A stretch of 64,000 bases of DNA. Source: Flavobacteriaceae bacterium (GTDB taxonomy: Bacteria; Bacteroidota; Bacteroidia; Flavobacteriales; Flavobacteriaceae). Numbering within the stretch: position 1 is the first letter of the stretch; every line of letters begins with the position of its first letter. Positions 18,278-26,646 of this stretch are shown piece by piece. The notes under the pieces were generated by a model, which ran no database searches, was not told where the DNA came from, and saw only the letters and a program-made list of their open reading frames with translations. The stretch covers positions 175 through 64,174 of the forward strand of contig JADHLZ010000005.1 in the NCBI GenBank assembly GCA_016780345.1, written 5' to 3'. The position numbers and the translations under genes were made by a program.

Positions 18278-18285
18278 TATATTTG
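18278..18285 (+). promoter_or_regulatory. -7 promoter box TATATTTG, 19 nt upstream of the lipA ATG
   Basis: Exact TAnnTTTG in the 49-bp spacer. Confidence 0.45.
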
Positions 18286-18304
18286 TCAAGTTATCTAATA
18301 TTAA

Positions 18305-19180
18305 ATGATTAACGAATCTTTAGCTACAAAACCAAAAGTTGAAAAGAAACCAAAATGGATTCGCGTTAAACTCCCAACTGGACAAAAATACACTAAACTA
18401 AGATCTTTAGTTGATAAGTATAAACTTAATACTATATGTTCATCAGGAAGCTGTCCAAATATGGGAGAATGTTGGGGTGAAGGAACAGCAACCTTTATGA
18501 TTTTGGGTAACATTTGTACAAGATCTTGTGGTTTTTGTGGTGTTAAAACAGGAAGACCTGAATCTGTGGATTGGGAAGAGCCTGAAAAAGTTGCAAATTC
18601 TATTAAAGTAATGAAAATTAAACATGCTGTTTTAACATCAGTTGACAGAGATGATTTAAGAGATATGGGCACATTAATTTGGACAGAAACAGTTAAAAGC
18701 ATTAGAAGAATAAGTCCAGAAACTACTCTTGAAACTCTTATTCCTGACTTTCAAGGTATTGAAAAACATTTAGATAAAATAGTCGATGTCAATCCTGAAG
18801 TTGTTTCACACAACATGGAAACTGTAAAAAGACTTACTAGAGAAGTTAGAATTCAAGCAAAATACGATAGAAGTTTAAAAGTATTATCCTATTTAAAGGA
18901 AATGGGAATAAATAGAACTAAATCTGGGATCATGTTAGGATTGGGTGAGAAAGAAAGTGAAGTTTATGAGACACTTGAAGATTTGAAAAAGAATAAAGTT
19001 GATATCGTAACACTTGGTCAATATTTACAACCCTCAAAAAAACATCTTCCAGTTAAAGAATTTATATCTCCTGAACAGTTTAAAAAATTTGAGATTTATG
19101 CAAAAAATTTAGGATTTAGACATGTTGAAAGCGGTCCACTTGTAAGGTCTTCATACAAAGCAAAAAAACATATTACATAA
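18305..19180 (+). CDS. lipA: Lipoyl synthase
   Basis: 291 aa. Radical-SAM CTRSCGFCGV plus the N-terminal auxiliary-cluster Cys motif CSSGSCPNMGEC. Confidence 0.96.
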   Translation: MINESLATKPKVEKKPKWIRVKLPTGQKYTKLRSLVDKYKLNTICSSGSCPNMGECWGEGTATFMILGNICTRSCGFCGVKTGRPESVDWEEPEKVANSIKVMKIKHAVLTSVDRDDLRDMGTLIWTETVKSIRRISPETTLETLIPDFQGIEKHLDKIVDVNPEVVSHNMETVKRLTREVRIQAKYDRSLKVLSYLKEMGINRTKSGIMLGLGEKESEVYETLEDLKKNKVDIVTLGQYLQPSKKHLPVKEFISPEQFKKFEIYAKNLGFRHVESGPLVRSSYKAKKHIT

Positions 19181-20183
19181 TAAAACTTTGCTGTAATAAA
19201 GATTCAAACTTTTGTTCACCCCCTATAAATTTAGTTTCAATTTCTAAATAAGACCATTTATTTTTTCTTTCTAAAAATTGTATTTTTTGAAAATCTTTTT
19301 CAGTTGTAATTATTAGATTGTCGTTATCACTTTCAATCTCATTAATATCTTCTTGGGTATAATTGTAATGGTCTGAAAATTTAATATGTTTAAAGTCAAT
19401 ATTATTGCTTGAAAAAAAATCAACAAATGATCGACTATTTGCTATTCCAGAAACAATTAAAATTTTTTCATTTTTTATATCGTTAATTTTATAGCTAGTA
19501 TCTCCTTTTAAAATATTTCCATAATTAATTGAAGTAAAAAAAATGTTTTGATGATCATTTATCTTAAGTTTATTTTGAATTTGAATTTTTTTCTTGTTTT
19601 TTATAGTTGGAGGAGTCTTTGTAACTATGACAATGTCAGCTCGATTTAGTGATTTTTTACTTTCTCGCAAGTTTCCGACTGGGAAAATACAATCATCATA
19701 AATAGGATTATTATAGGTTGTTAAAAGGATGTTTAAATCAGGTTTAACTTTTCGATGTTGAAAGCTGTCATCCAAAATAAAAAGATTGGTTTTTTTTTCT
19801 TCATTTTGTATTCTTGAAATTGCATTAGCTCTATTTTTATCAACAGCAACAATTATATTATTAAATTTTTTAAAAATTTGAAAAGATTCGTCTCCTATCA
19901 AATCAGGTGAAGAATTATTGTCAGCTTTATAAAATCCAGATGTTTTTCTTTTATAACCTCTACTTACTAAAGCAATATTGAATCGTGTTGAGTATTTTTT
20001 AATTAAAAGTTCAACAAATGGAGTTTTGCCAGTTCCACCCATACTTAGATTACCTACTCCTATAATTTTGCGATTAAACGAATAAGATTTTAAAAAATTA
20101 AGATCATATAACAAATTTCTAAAATTTGTGATTACTAAATAAACAAAAGCAAAAGGGAAAAAAACAATTCTAAACTTATTCAT
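19173..20183 (-). CDS. lpxK: Tetraacyldisaccharide 4'-kinase
   Basis: P-loop GNLSMGGTGKTP. I chose the start at Met36 of the ORF (MNKFRIVFFPFAFVYLVITNFRNLLYD), which matches the usual LpxK N-terminus and removes the overlap with nif3. Confidence 0.85.
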   Translation of the reverse strand: MNKFRIVFFPFAFVYLVITNFRNLLYDLNFLKSYSFNRKIIGVGNLSMGGTGKTPFVELLIKKYSTRFNIALVSRGYKRKTSGFYKADNNSSPDLIGDESFQIFKKFNNIIVAVDKNRANAISRIQNEEKKTNLFILDDSFQHRKVKPDLNILLTTYNNPIYDDCIFPVGNLRESKKSLNRADIVIVTKTPPTIKNKKKIQIQNKLKINDHQNIFFTSINYGNILKGDTSYKINDIKNEKILIVSGIANSRSFVDFFSSNNIDFKHIKFSDHYNYTQEDINEIESDNDNLIITTEKDFQKIQFLERKNKWSYLEIETKFIGGEQKFESLLQQSFIM

Positions 20184-20224
20184 TGTCTCTAAATTAAAAT
20201 TTAATTTGATCATATAATAATTTT

Positions 20225-20232
20225 TAACTTTG
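20225..20232 (+). promoter_or_regulatory. -7 promoter box TAACTTTG, 10 nt upstream of the Nif3-like gene ATG
   Basis: Exact TAnnTTTG in the lpxK/nif3 divergent spacer. Confidence 0.4.
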
Positions 20233-20242
20233 TTAAATAAAT

Positions 20243-21022
20243 ATGAAATTAAAAGAATTAACAGATCATTTAGAAAAATGGGCTCCACTAAATTCTGCAG
20301 AAGAATTTGATAACGTAGGACTCCTTGTTGGAGATCATGAGAATATAATTAATAAAGCTTTAATTACTATTGACACCACTGAAGGTATTATAGATGAAGC
20401 CATTGATAACAATTGTGATACTATAATTACATTTCATCCTATTATTTTTAATACTTTAAAGAAAATAGCTAATAAATCATATGTAGAAAGAGTGGTTTCA
20501 AAAGCAATAAAAAATAATATCAATATTTATGCTATTCACACTAACCTAGATAATAATCCAAAAGGAGTAAACTTTAAAATATGTGAAAAATTATCGTTGA
20601 TAAACACTTCTTTTTTAATTCCAAAATCTGAAAAACGTTTTGGAATGGGTATGATTGGTGAGATTGAAGAAGAATTGGATGAAACTAAATTTTTAAATTT
20701 TGTTAAAAAGAGAATGAATATTAAGCAAATTAAACATTCGCCTTTAATTGGAAAAAAAATAAAAAAAGTAGCTGTTTTAGGTGGGTCAGGTAGTTTTGCA
20801 ATTGATGATGCTATTAAATTAAATGCAGATTGCTTTATTACTGCTGACTTAAAATATCATGACTATTTTAAAGCAGATAAAAAAATCTTACTAACTGATA
20901 TAGGTCATTATGAAAGTGAGCAGTATACAAAAGAGCTTATTTTAGAATTTCTTAACAAAAAAATTCCTAAGTTTGCCTGCATTATATCAAAATATAAAAC
21001 AAACCCTGTTAATTATTTTTAA
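20243..21022 (+). CDS. Nif3-like dinuclear metal centre protein (GTP cyclohydrolase 1 type 2 homologue)
   Basis: 259 aa. N-terminal LE.WAP...AE.FDNVGLLVG and C-terminal GHYESE strings are typical of the NIF3/YbgI family. Confidence 0.85.
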   Translation: MKLKELTDHLEKWAPLNSAEEFDNVGLLVGDHENIINKALITIDTTEGIIDEAIDNNCDTIITFHPIIFNTLKKIANKSYVERVVSKAIKNNINIYAIHTNLDNNPKGVNFKICEKLSLINTSFLIPKSEKRFGMGMIGEIEEELDETKFLNFVKKRMNIKQIKHSPLIGKKIKKVAVLGGSGSFAIDDAIKLNADCFITADLKYHDYFKADKKILLTDIGHYESEQYTKELILEFLNKKIPKFACIISKYKTNPVNYF

Positions 21023-21024
21023 TT

Positions 21025-21804
21025 ATGGCAAAAAAAACAGAATTTTCAATCGAAGATAGACTTAGAACTTTGTATGATCTTCAACTTATACATTCAAGAA
21101 TAGATAAAATAAGAAGTGTTAGAGGTGAATTACCTTTAGAAGTTGAGGATTTAGAAGATGAGGTTACTGGACTTGAAGTTAGAATATCAAAATTTGAAAA
21201 AGAAGTAAAGCAGTTAAGTGATGATATAAAATCCAAAGAAATTTCATCTGATCAAGCTAAGGCAATGATAAAAAAATACAATGAACAGCAAAAAAACGTT
21301 AGAAATAACAGAGCTTTTGAATCACTTAGCAAAGAAATTGAATTCCAAGAACTAGAAATTGAACTTTTTACTAAACAAACTAAAGAACTTCAAGCTCAAA
21401 TAGAGTTAATTAAACAATCAATTCAAGAGAATAATGTAAAGCTTATTGAAAGAAAAGAACATCTAAAACATAAAAAAAATGAATTGGGTGATATTCTAAA
21501 AGAAACTGAAAATGAAGAAAATGATTTATTAAAAAAATCAACTGAGTTTGAATCAAAAATTGATGAATCATTATTAATTTCTTATAAAAAAATTAGAACA
21601 AGTGTAAGAAATGGTTTAGCTGTAGTTGCTGTTGAAAGAGGAGCATCTGCAGGATCTTTCTTTACAATTCCACCCCAAGTTCAGTTAGATATTGCATCAA
21701 GAAAAAAAATCATTACCGATGAGCACAGCGGAAGAATACTAGTCGACAAAGAACTTGCTGATGAAGAGAATGAAAAAATGTCAAAATTATTTACTAGCAT
21801 TTAA
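21025..21804 (+). CDS. COG1579/DUF164 coiled-coil protein with a degenerate (Cys-less) C-terminal zinc ribbon
   Basis: 259 aa with a long heptad-rich coiled coil. Its conserved position after nif3 fits the family. The C-terminal IPPQ....GRIL frame of the zf-RING_7 ribbon is present, but S, S, D, S occupy the four Cys positions. Confidence 0.7.
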   Translation: MAKKTEFSIEDRLRTLYDLQLIHSRIDKIRSVRGELPLEVEDLEDEVTGLEVRISKFEKEVKQLSDDIKSKEISSDQAKAMIKKYNEQQKNVRNNRAFESLSKEIEFQELEIELFTKQTKELQAQIELIKQSIQENNVKLIERKEHLKHKKNELGDILKETENEENDLLKKSTEFESKIDESLLISYKKIRTSVRNGLAVVAVERGASAGSFFTIPPQVQLDIASRKKIITDEHSGRILVDKELADEENEKMSKLFTSI

Positions 21805-21820
21805 TTTTAGATTAAAATTT

Positions 21821-21850
21821 AAAAAAAAACCGCTCTTAGCGGTTTTTTTT
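21821..21850 (+). terminator. Rho-independent terminator
   Basis: AAAAAAAAACCGCT-CTT-AGCGGTTTTTTTT. A perfect 6-bp GC-rich stem is extended by A-run/T-run pairing and followed by a T8 tail. Confidence 0.85.
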
Positions 21851-21881
21851 ATGTGTAATTTATATAAAATAATATGGAGAT

Positions 21882-22829
21882 ATGCTTAAAAAAGTTTTTT
21901 TCTTAATTTTTTCTTTATTAATATTTATTATAGCTGTAAGGTTTAGTATTTTTTTTGAGTTTCAACTAAATGGAATTCAATTAGATACCTTTAAAAATTC
22001 TCTTATAATTTACAGTGCTCTAACTTTATTATGTTTTTTTATTGGTGAACTTACAAAAAATTATAGCCAAGTTGATAAAATATGGAGCATAGCTCCAATA
22101 ATTTATGTTTGGTTTTTTACTATTTATTCTGAATTTAATTTTAGAATGGTTCTTATGTCTTTTCTTGTAACAATTTGGGGTATAAGACTAACATATAATT
22201 TTTCAAGAAAAAATGGATACAGTATTTATTTTTGGAAAGGTGAAGAAGATTATAGGTGGAAAATATTAAAACATAGAATTCCAATTTTTAATTCTAAACA
22301 TATCTGGTCACTTTTCAACTTAACATTTATTTGTTTCTATCAAATGGGATTAATCTTTTTGTTTTGTTTACCTATTTTAGTTGCATGGCAAGGAGAAGTA
22401 AATCCTATTTCTATTTACGATTGGATTATTGCTTTTTTAATGATACTATTTATAATAACCGAATCAATAGCAGATAATCAACAATATGATTTTCAATCTT
22501 CTAAGCACAAGAAAATTAAAAACAATAAACCATTAGATGGAGATTTTAAAAAAGGTTTTATATCTACAGGATTATGGAAATTTTCTAGACATCCAAATTT
22601 TTTCTCAGAACAACTTATTTGGGTTACTTTTTACTTATTTTCAATATCTGCTACAGAAAAATTTTTTAATTGGTCAATTATTGGTTGTATTTTATTAATT
22701 ATACTATTCTATAATAGCGCAAAATTTACAGAAAGTATTAGTGAGCAAAAGTATCCTAGTTATAAAACATACAAGGAAAATGTTCCTATGTTCATTGGAT
22801 TTAAAATAAAAAACCCAACTAGAAGTTGA
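21882..22829 (+). CDS. DUF1295 family membrane protein (steroid 5-alpha-reductase/ICMT-like fold)
   Basis: 315 aa polytopic protein with a FSRHPNFFSEQLIW motif. Confidence 0.7.
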   Translation: MLKKVFFLIFSLLIFIIAVRFSIFFEFQLNGIQLDTFKNSLIIYSALTLLCFFIGELTKNYSQVDKIWSIAPIIYVWFFTIYSEFNFRMVLMSFLVTIWGIRLTYNFSRKNGYSIYFWKGEEDYRWKILKHRIPIFNSKHIWSLFNLTFICFYQMGLIFLFCLPILVAWQGEVNPISIYDWIIAFLMILFIITESIADNQQYDFQSSKHKKIKNNKPLDGDFKKGFISTGLWKFSRHPNFFSEQLIWVTFYLFSISATEKFFNWSIIGCILLIILFYNSAKFTESISEQKYPSYKTYKENVPMFIGFKIKNPTRS

Positions 22830-22841
22830 GTTTAAAAAATG

Positions 22842-22916
22842 TGGGCGCTAAGGGATTCGAACCCCTGACCCCTTGGGTGTAAACCAAGTGCTCTGAACCA
22901 ACTGAGCTAAGCGCCC
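22842..22916 (-). tRNA. tRNA-Val (anticodon UAC)
   Basis: Reverse complement folds by hand into a 75-nt cloverleaf: GGGCGCT/AGCGCCC acceptor, GCTC/GAGC D stem, CTTGG-TTTACAC-CCAAG anticodon arm, and GGTTCGAAT T loop. No encoded CCA. Confidence 0.93.
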
Positions 22917-22931
22917 GATTAAATCGAGCGA

Positions 22932-22939
22932 CAAATATA
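22932..22939 (-). promoter_or_regulatory. -7 promoter box TATATTTG (minus strand), 15 nt upstream of tRNA-Val
   Basis: Plus strand reads CAAATATA, an exact TAnnTTTG on the tRNA strand. Confidence 0.45.
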
Positions 22940-22981
22940 TAATAATTTTAAATTAAATCGACTTAAAAATAAAAGTTAAAT

Positions 22982-23869
22982 TTAATCTTTAATTAGACCA
23001 TTTATATCATATTTTGAAACAAAATCCCATATCAATTGACCAGTACTTTTGCCTTCAAAATCATTATTAAACCAAACGTGCTCGCCACCAATAATTTTAT
23101 AATGTTCCACTGAAACATTTTTGTCACCGTTTTCATATTTATAAGTAATTATTGATGTGCCGTTATCATCAATATTATTTATTACTGGATTAATTTCAGT
23201 ATTATTAAATTTTATCCAAAAATTAAGAACAGATTCAACTGAATTGTAAACCCCTCCTCCATCGTAATAATCAGATGTGCCATGTAATTTTATTAATGGG
23301 ACAGGGTGTGAAGGAATACATTCTGATTGAAGCATGTAACCTGAAACGGAACCAATTGCAGATATTAGATTACTTTTATAACAAGCCAAAGCATAGCTCA
23401 TCATTCCTCCATTTGAATATCCAATCGCATAAACTCTTTTTTTATCTATTAAATTTTCTAATGATAGTTTATTAATTAAGGCTTCAATAAAGCCCAAATC
23501 ATCTACATCAGATTTATTATCATCTCCTTTTAATTCTGCATTCCAATGAGAATAACCATTTAAATCTGAGCCTTGAGGATATACCAAAATAAAATTTTCC
23601 GAATCAGCAACAGGCCTCATATTGGTATATGACATATATTCTCCTGCTTTTCCCGAAAATCCATGAAAATTTAGTAAAAGTGGTAATTTTGAAATACCAT
23701 CATATCCAACAGGGATATAAATTATATATTCTCTTAAAGTACCATTGTAATTGATGGTTTGGATCAATTCCTCAAATGATTCAATATCTTTAAAATTTTC
23801 CTTTTTTAATTCATCCTTTGAACATGAAACTATCAAAAATAAAAAAAGTAATTTTATAATTTTTTTCAT
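22982..23869 (-). CDS. Secreted alpha/beta-hydrolase esterase (PHB depolymerase / LpqC-like, CE1-type) lipoprotein
   Basis: 295 aa with lipoprotein signal LIVSC, nucleophile elbow GYSNGG, and LHGTSD. Confidence 0.65.
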   Translation of the reverse strand: MKKIIKLLFLFLIVSCSKDELKKENFKDIESFEELIQTINYNGTLREYIIYIPVGYDGISKLPLLLNFHGFSGKAGEYMSYTNMRPVADSENFILVYPQGSDLNGYSHWNAELKGDDNKSDVDDLGFIEALINKLSLENLIDKKRVYAIGYSNGGMMSYALACYKSNLISAIGSVSGYMLQSECIPSHPVPLIKLHGTSDYYDGGGVYNSVESVLNFWIKFNNTEINPVINNIDDNGTSIITYKYENGDKNVSVEHYKIIGGEHVWFNNDFEGKSTGQLIWDFVSKYDINGLIKD

Positions 23870-23901
23870 ACATATAAAAAAAACAAATAATGTGCCAAAA
23901 A

Positions 23902-25107
23902 CTAAATGATCTCAGCAACAGTAAAATTGCTTCCACCTATAAAAACTAAGTCATCTTTTTTTAAGCCATTCTTAGAAGATATGAATGCTTCTTTAACATT
24001 ATTAAAAAATTTAGAATTTAAATTATTAATTTTTGAATAATTTTTTAGTTCATTTAAATCAAGTGCTCTTTTAACATTTGGAGATGAAAAATAAAATTCT
24101 GTAGATTTTGGAAATAATTTTAAAATATCTTCATAATTTTTACCTTTAACAAACCCCAAAACAACTCTAAATTTACTAAAATTCATCTCTTTTAGTTCTT
24201 TTAAAATTTCCTCAAATGCTTCAAGGTTATGACAGACATCACAAATAATATCAGGTGACTTAGAAATATATTGAAATCTACCTAAAATACCAGTATTTTT
24301 TTTAACATTTGACAAACCTATTTCAATATGTTTTTGTGTAATATCAAATTTTTCTAAGAGCGAAATAACTGTAATTACTCCAGCAATATTTTTTTTTTGA
24401 AATTTTCCTTTTAAGTCTGTTTTATAACTTACATTTTTTTTAGGCGTATAAATTGGTGAGTTTAAACTACACGACTTTTCTTTAAAGACTTTAAATGTTT
24501 CATCATTGTATTCACTTACAACTACAGGAACATTCTTTTTAATAATCCCTGCTTTTTCATTTGCAATTTTATATAATGAATCTCCCAAAAAATCCTGATG
24601 ATCTAGTCCTACATTGGTAATTAAACTAACAAGTGGATTTATAATATTTGTTGAATCTAACCTACCACCAAGACCTGTTTCAATTATAGCTATATCTACT
24701 TTTGATTTAAAAAAATAATCAAAAGCCATAGCAACAGTCATTTCAAAAAATGAAATATTATTTGAATAAAAAAAATCAAAATTGTTTTCCACAAAATCTA
24801 TTACAAATTTTTTTTCAACTAATTTTCCATTAATCTTAATTCTTTCTCTAAAATCTTTTAAATGAGGTGAAGTATACAATCCTACTTTATATCCAGCTTC
24901 TTGTAAAATCGAAGATAGCATGTGAGAAGATGAACCCTTTCCATTTGTACCTGCTACATGGATAGAATTAAAATTTAGTTGAGGATTGTTTAAATGATTG
25001 CAAAGTTTTTTTATAGGATCTAAATTGACCTTATATTTAAAAACACCATCGACTTGATAAACTGGTAATTGGTTAAATAACCAATCTACTGTTTCATCGT
25101 AATTCAT
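23902..25107 (-). CDS. folC: Bifunctional folylpolyglutamate synthase / dihydrofolate synthase
   Basis: 401 aa Mur-ligase family protein with P-loop HVAGTNGKGS. Confidence 0.9.
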   Translation of the reverse strand: MNYDETVDWLFNQLPVYQVDGVFKYKVNLDPIKKLCNHLNNPQLNFNSIHVAGTNGKGSSSHMLSSILQEAGYKVGLYTSPHLKDFRERIKINGKLVEKKFVIDFVENNFDFFYSNNISFFEMTVAMAFDYFFKSKVDIAIIETGLGGRLDSTNIINPLVSLITNVGLDHQDFLGDSLYKIANEKAGIIKKNVPVVVSEYNDETFKVFKEKSCSLNSPIYTPKKNVSYKTDLKGKFQKKNIAGVITVISLLEKFDITQKHIEIGLSNVKKNTGILGRFQYISKSPDIICDVCHNLEAFEEILKELKEMNFSKFRVVLGFVKGKNYEDILKLFPKSTEFYFSSPNVKRALDLNELKNYSKINNLNSKFFNNVKEAFISSKNGLKKDDLVFIGGSNFTVAEII

Positions 25108-25112
25108 ATATT

Positions 25113-26435
25113 TTAAAGAACAAAGTCTCTAAGCAACATAAATGTTCCATAGCCTGAAAGAAATCCAATAAAAGCAAAAATTGTTACCTTTTTTAGATAC
25201 CAGAAAAAATCAATTTTTTCCATTCCCATTGCTACAACACCAGCAGCAGATCCAATAATTAACATACTTCCTCCAGTTCCAGCAGAAAAAGCTAAAGCAT
25301 GCCATAAGGGATCATCTAATAAATTTGGGAACATTCCCATTGAAGCAGCTACTAGTGGAACATTATCAATAATTGCAGAAAGAAATCCAAATAAAATCAT
25401 AAGTATATCGGTATTTGGGAATATTTCGGTAAGGTCACCAGCAAAATTAAATAAAATCCCTAATGACTCAAGAGCACCAACTGCCATTAAAATTCCAAGA
25501 AAAAATAAAATACTAGGTAATTCAATTTTTGAAAGAGATAGATGAACAGGACTATGAAGTGAGGTTAAATCAGTACCAGAATTAACTTTATTTAGATTTA
25601 CCTGTCTATTAAAAATTATTTCAGCAATTGTTGATACAAAAGCTAGAGAAAGCATCATTCCAACATATGGTGGCAAATGTGTAATTACCTTAAAAAAAGG
25701 AACAAATAAAATAGATCCTAGCCCTAAAAATAACATTTTGTTTCCATATGGATTGTGATCATCTTTAATTTTTACAGTATCTAATTCTCCCTTAAAAACA
25801 TTCAATCGAGATGCAATTAAAAAAGGAACAATCATGCATACAAGCGATGGAATTATTAAATATTTAACAAGATTTATCTCGCTAACCTTATTTCCAATCC
25901 ATAACATAGTTGTAGTTATATCTCCAATTGGAGACCATGCCCCTCCAGCATTAGCTGCAATTATAATTAAACCTGCATACCAAAGCTTTAAACTTCTATC
26001 TTTTACTAATTTTTGAAGTAATGTTATAAGTACAATTGTTGCAGTTAAATTATCAATTATTGCTGATAGTAAAAAAGCTAAAAATCCAAAAATCCATAAA
26101 ATATTTACCTTACTTCTTGTTTTAATGACCTGTTTAATACCTGAAAATCCATCAAAATAATCTATAATCTCGACTATAGTCATTGCACCTAAAAGAAATA
26201 TTAGTATTTCTGCAGTCTTTCCTAAATGGTGTAAAAGAACTTCTTCAATATGAGTTGGTTCAAGCTTTAAAAGTTCAAGATTAATATCAAAAACTTCCAT
26301 GTGATTTAAAGCTATAATTGCCCACAATATTCCCATCATACCAAGAGCAGGAATTAATTTGTCTAATTTAATTGTGTGTTCTAGTGTTATTAGAATATAA
26401 CCTAATATAAAAACTGAGATAACTAATATTTCCAT
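25113..26435 (-). CDS. nhaD: NhaD-type sodium:proton antiporter (ArsB/NhaD permease superfamily)
   Basis: 440 aa with 11-13 TM segments and duplicated SAIIDNLTA / SAIIDNVPLVAA motifs. Confidence 0.7.
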   Translation of the reverse strand: MEILVISVFILGYILITLEHTIKLDKLIPALGMMGILWAIIALNHMEVFDINLELLKLEPTHIEEVLLHHLGKTAEILIFLLGAMTIVEIIDYFDGFSGIKQVIKTRSKVNILWIFGFLAFLLSAIIDNLTATIVLITLLQKLVKDRSLKLWYAGLIIIAANAGGAWSPIGDITTTMLWIGNKVSEINLVKYLIIPSLVCMIVPFLIASRLNVFKGELDTVKIKDDHNPYGNKMLFLGLGSILFVPFFKVITHLPPYVGMMLSLAFVSTIAEIIFNRQVNLNKVNSGTDLTSLHSPVHLSLSKIELPSILFFLGILMAVGALESLGILFNFAGDLTEIFPNTDILMILFGFLSAIIDNVPLVAASMGMFPNLLDDPLWHALAFSAGTGGSMLIIGSAAGVVAMGMEKIDFFWYLKKVTIFAFIGFLSGYGTFMLLRDFVL

Positions 26436-26646
26436 CTTAAAAATTTAGAAATTAAAAATATAAAAAAATCATATATTAATTACATTTAAAAATAATTATG
26501 ATATGTTCATTTAATTTTACTTATAATGATAATTTAACAATAATTAAGCTATAGATTATCAAGTTGATATATTTTGAAGCTTTGCATCTAACATTAGTAG
26601 AAAAAAAATTAATATACAGTATATTTACAAGTCCTATTAATACCTT

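Noticed and set aside
20184-20288. N-terminal 35-codon extension of the lpxK ORF that would overlap the nif3 start by 46 nt
   Set aside because: The conserved LpxK N-terminus begins at the internal Met (20183). The extension has no homology-like features, and the nif3 -7 box lies inside it.
26436-26646. 211-bp spacer upstream of gltB, containing ORF 26564-26764 and weak inverted repeats (ATCATA..TATGAT)
   Set aside because: The ORF overlaps the gltB start and has no coding character. The repeats are short, imperfect and AT-only, and there is no exact -7 box. Nothing here rises above background in AT-rich DNA.
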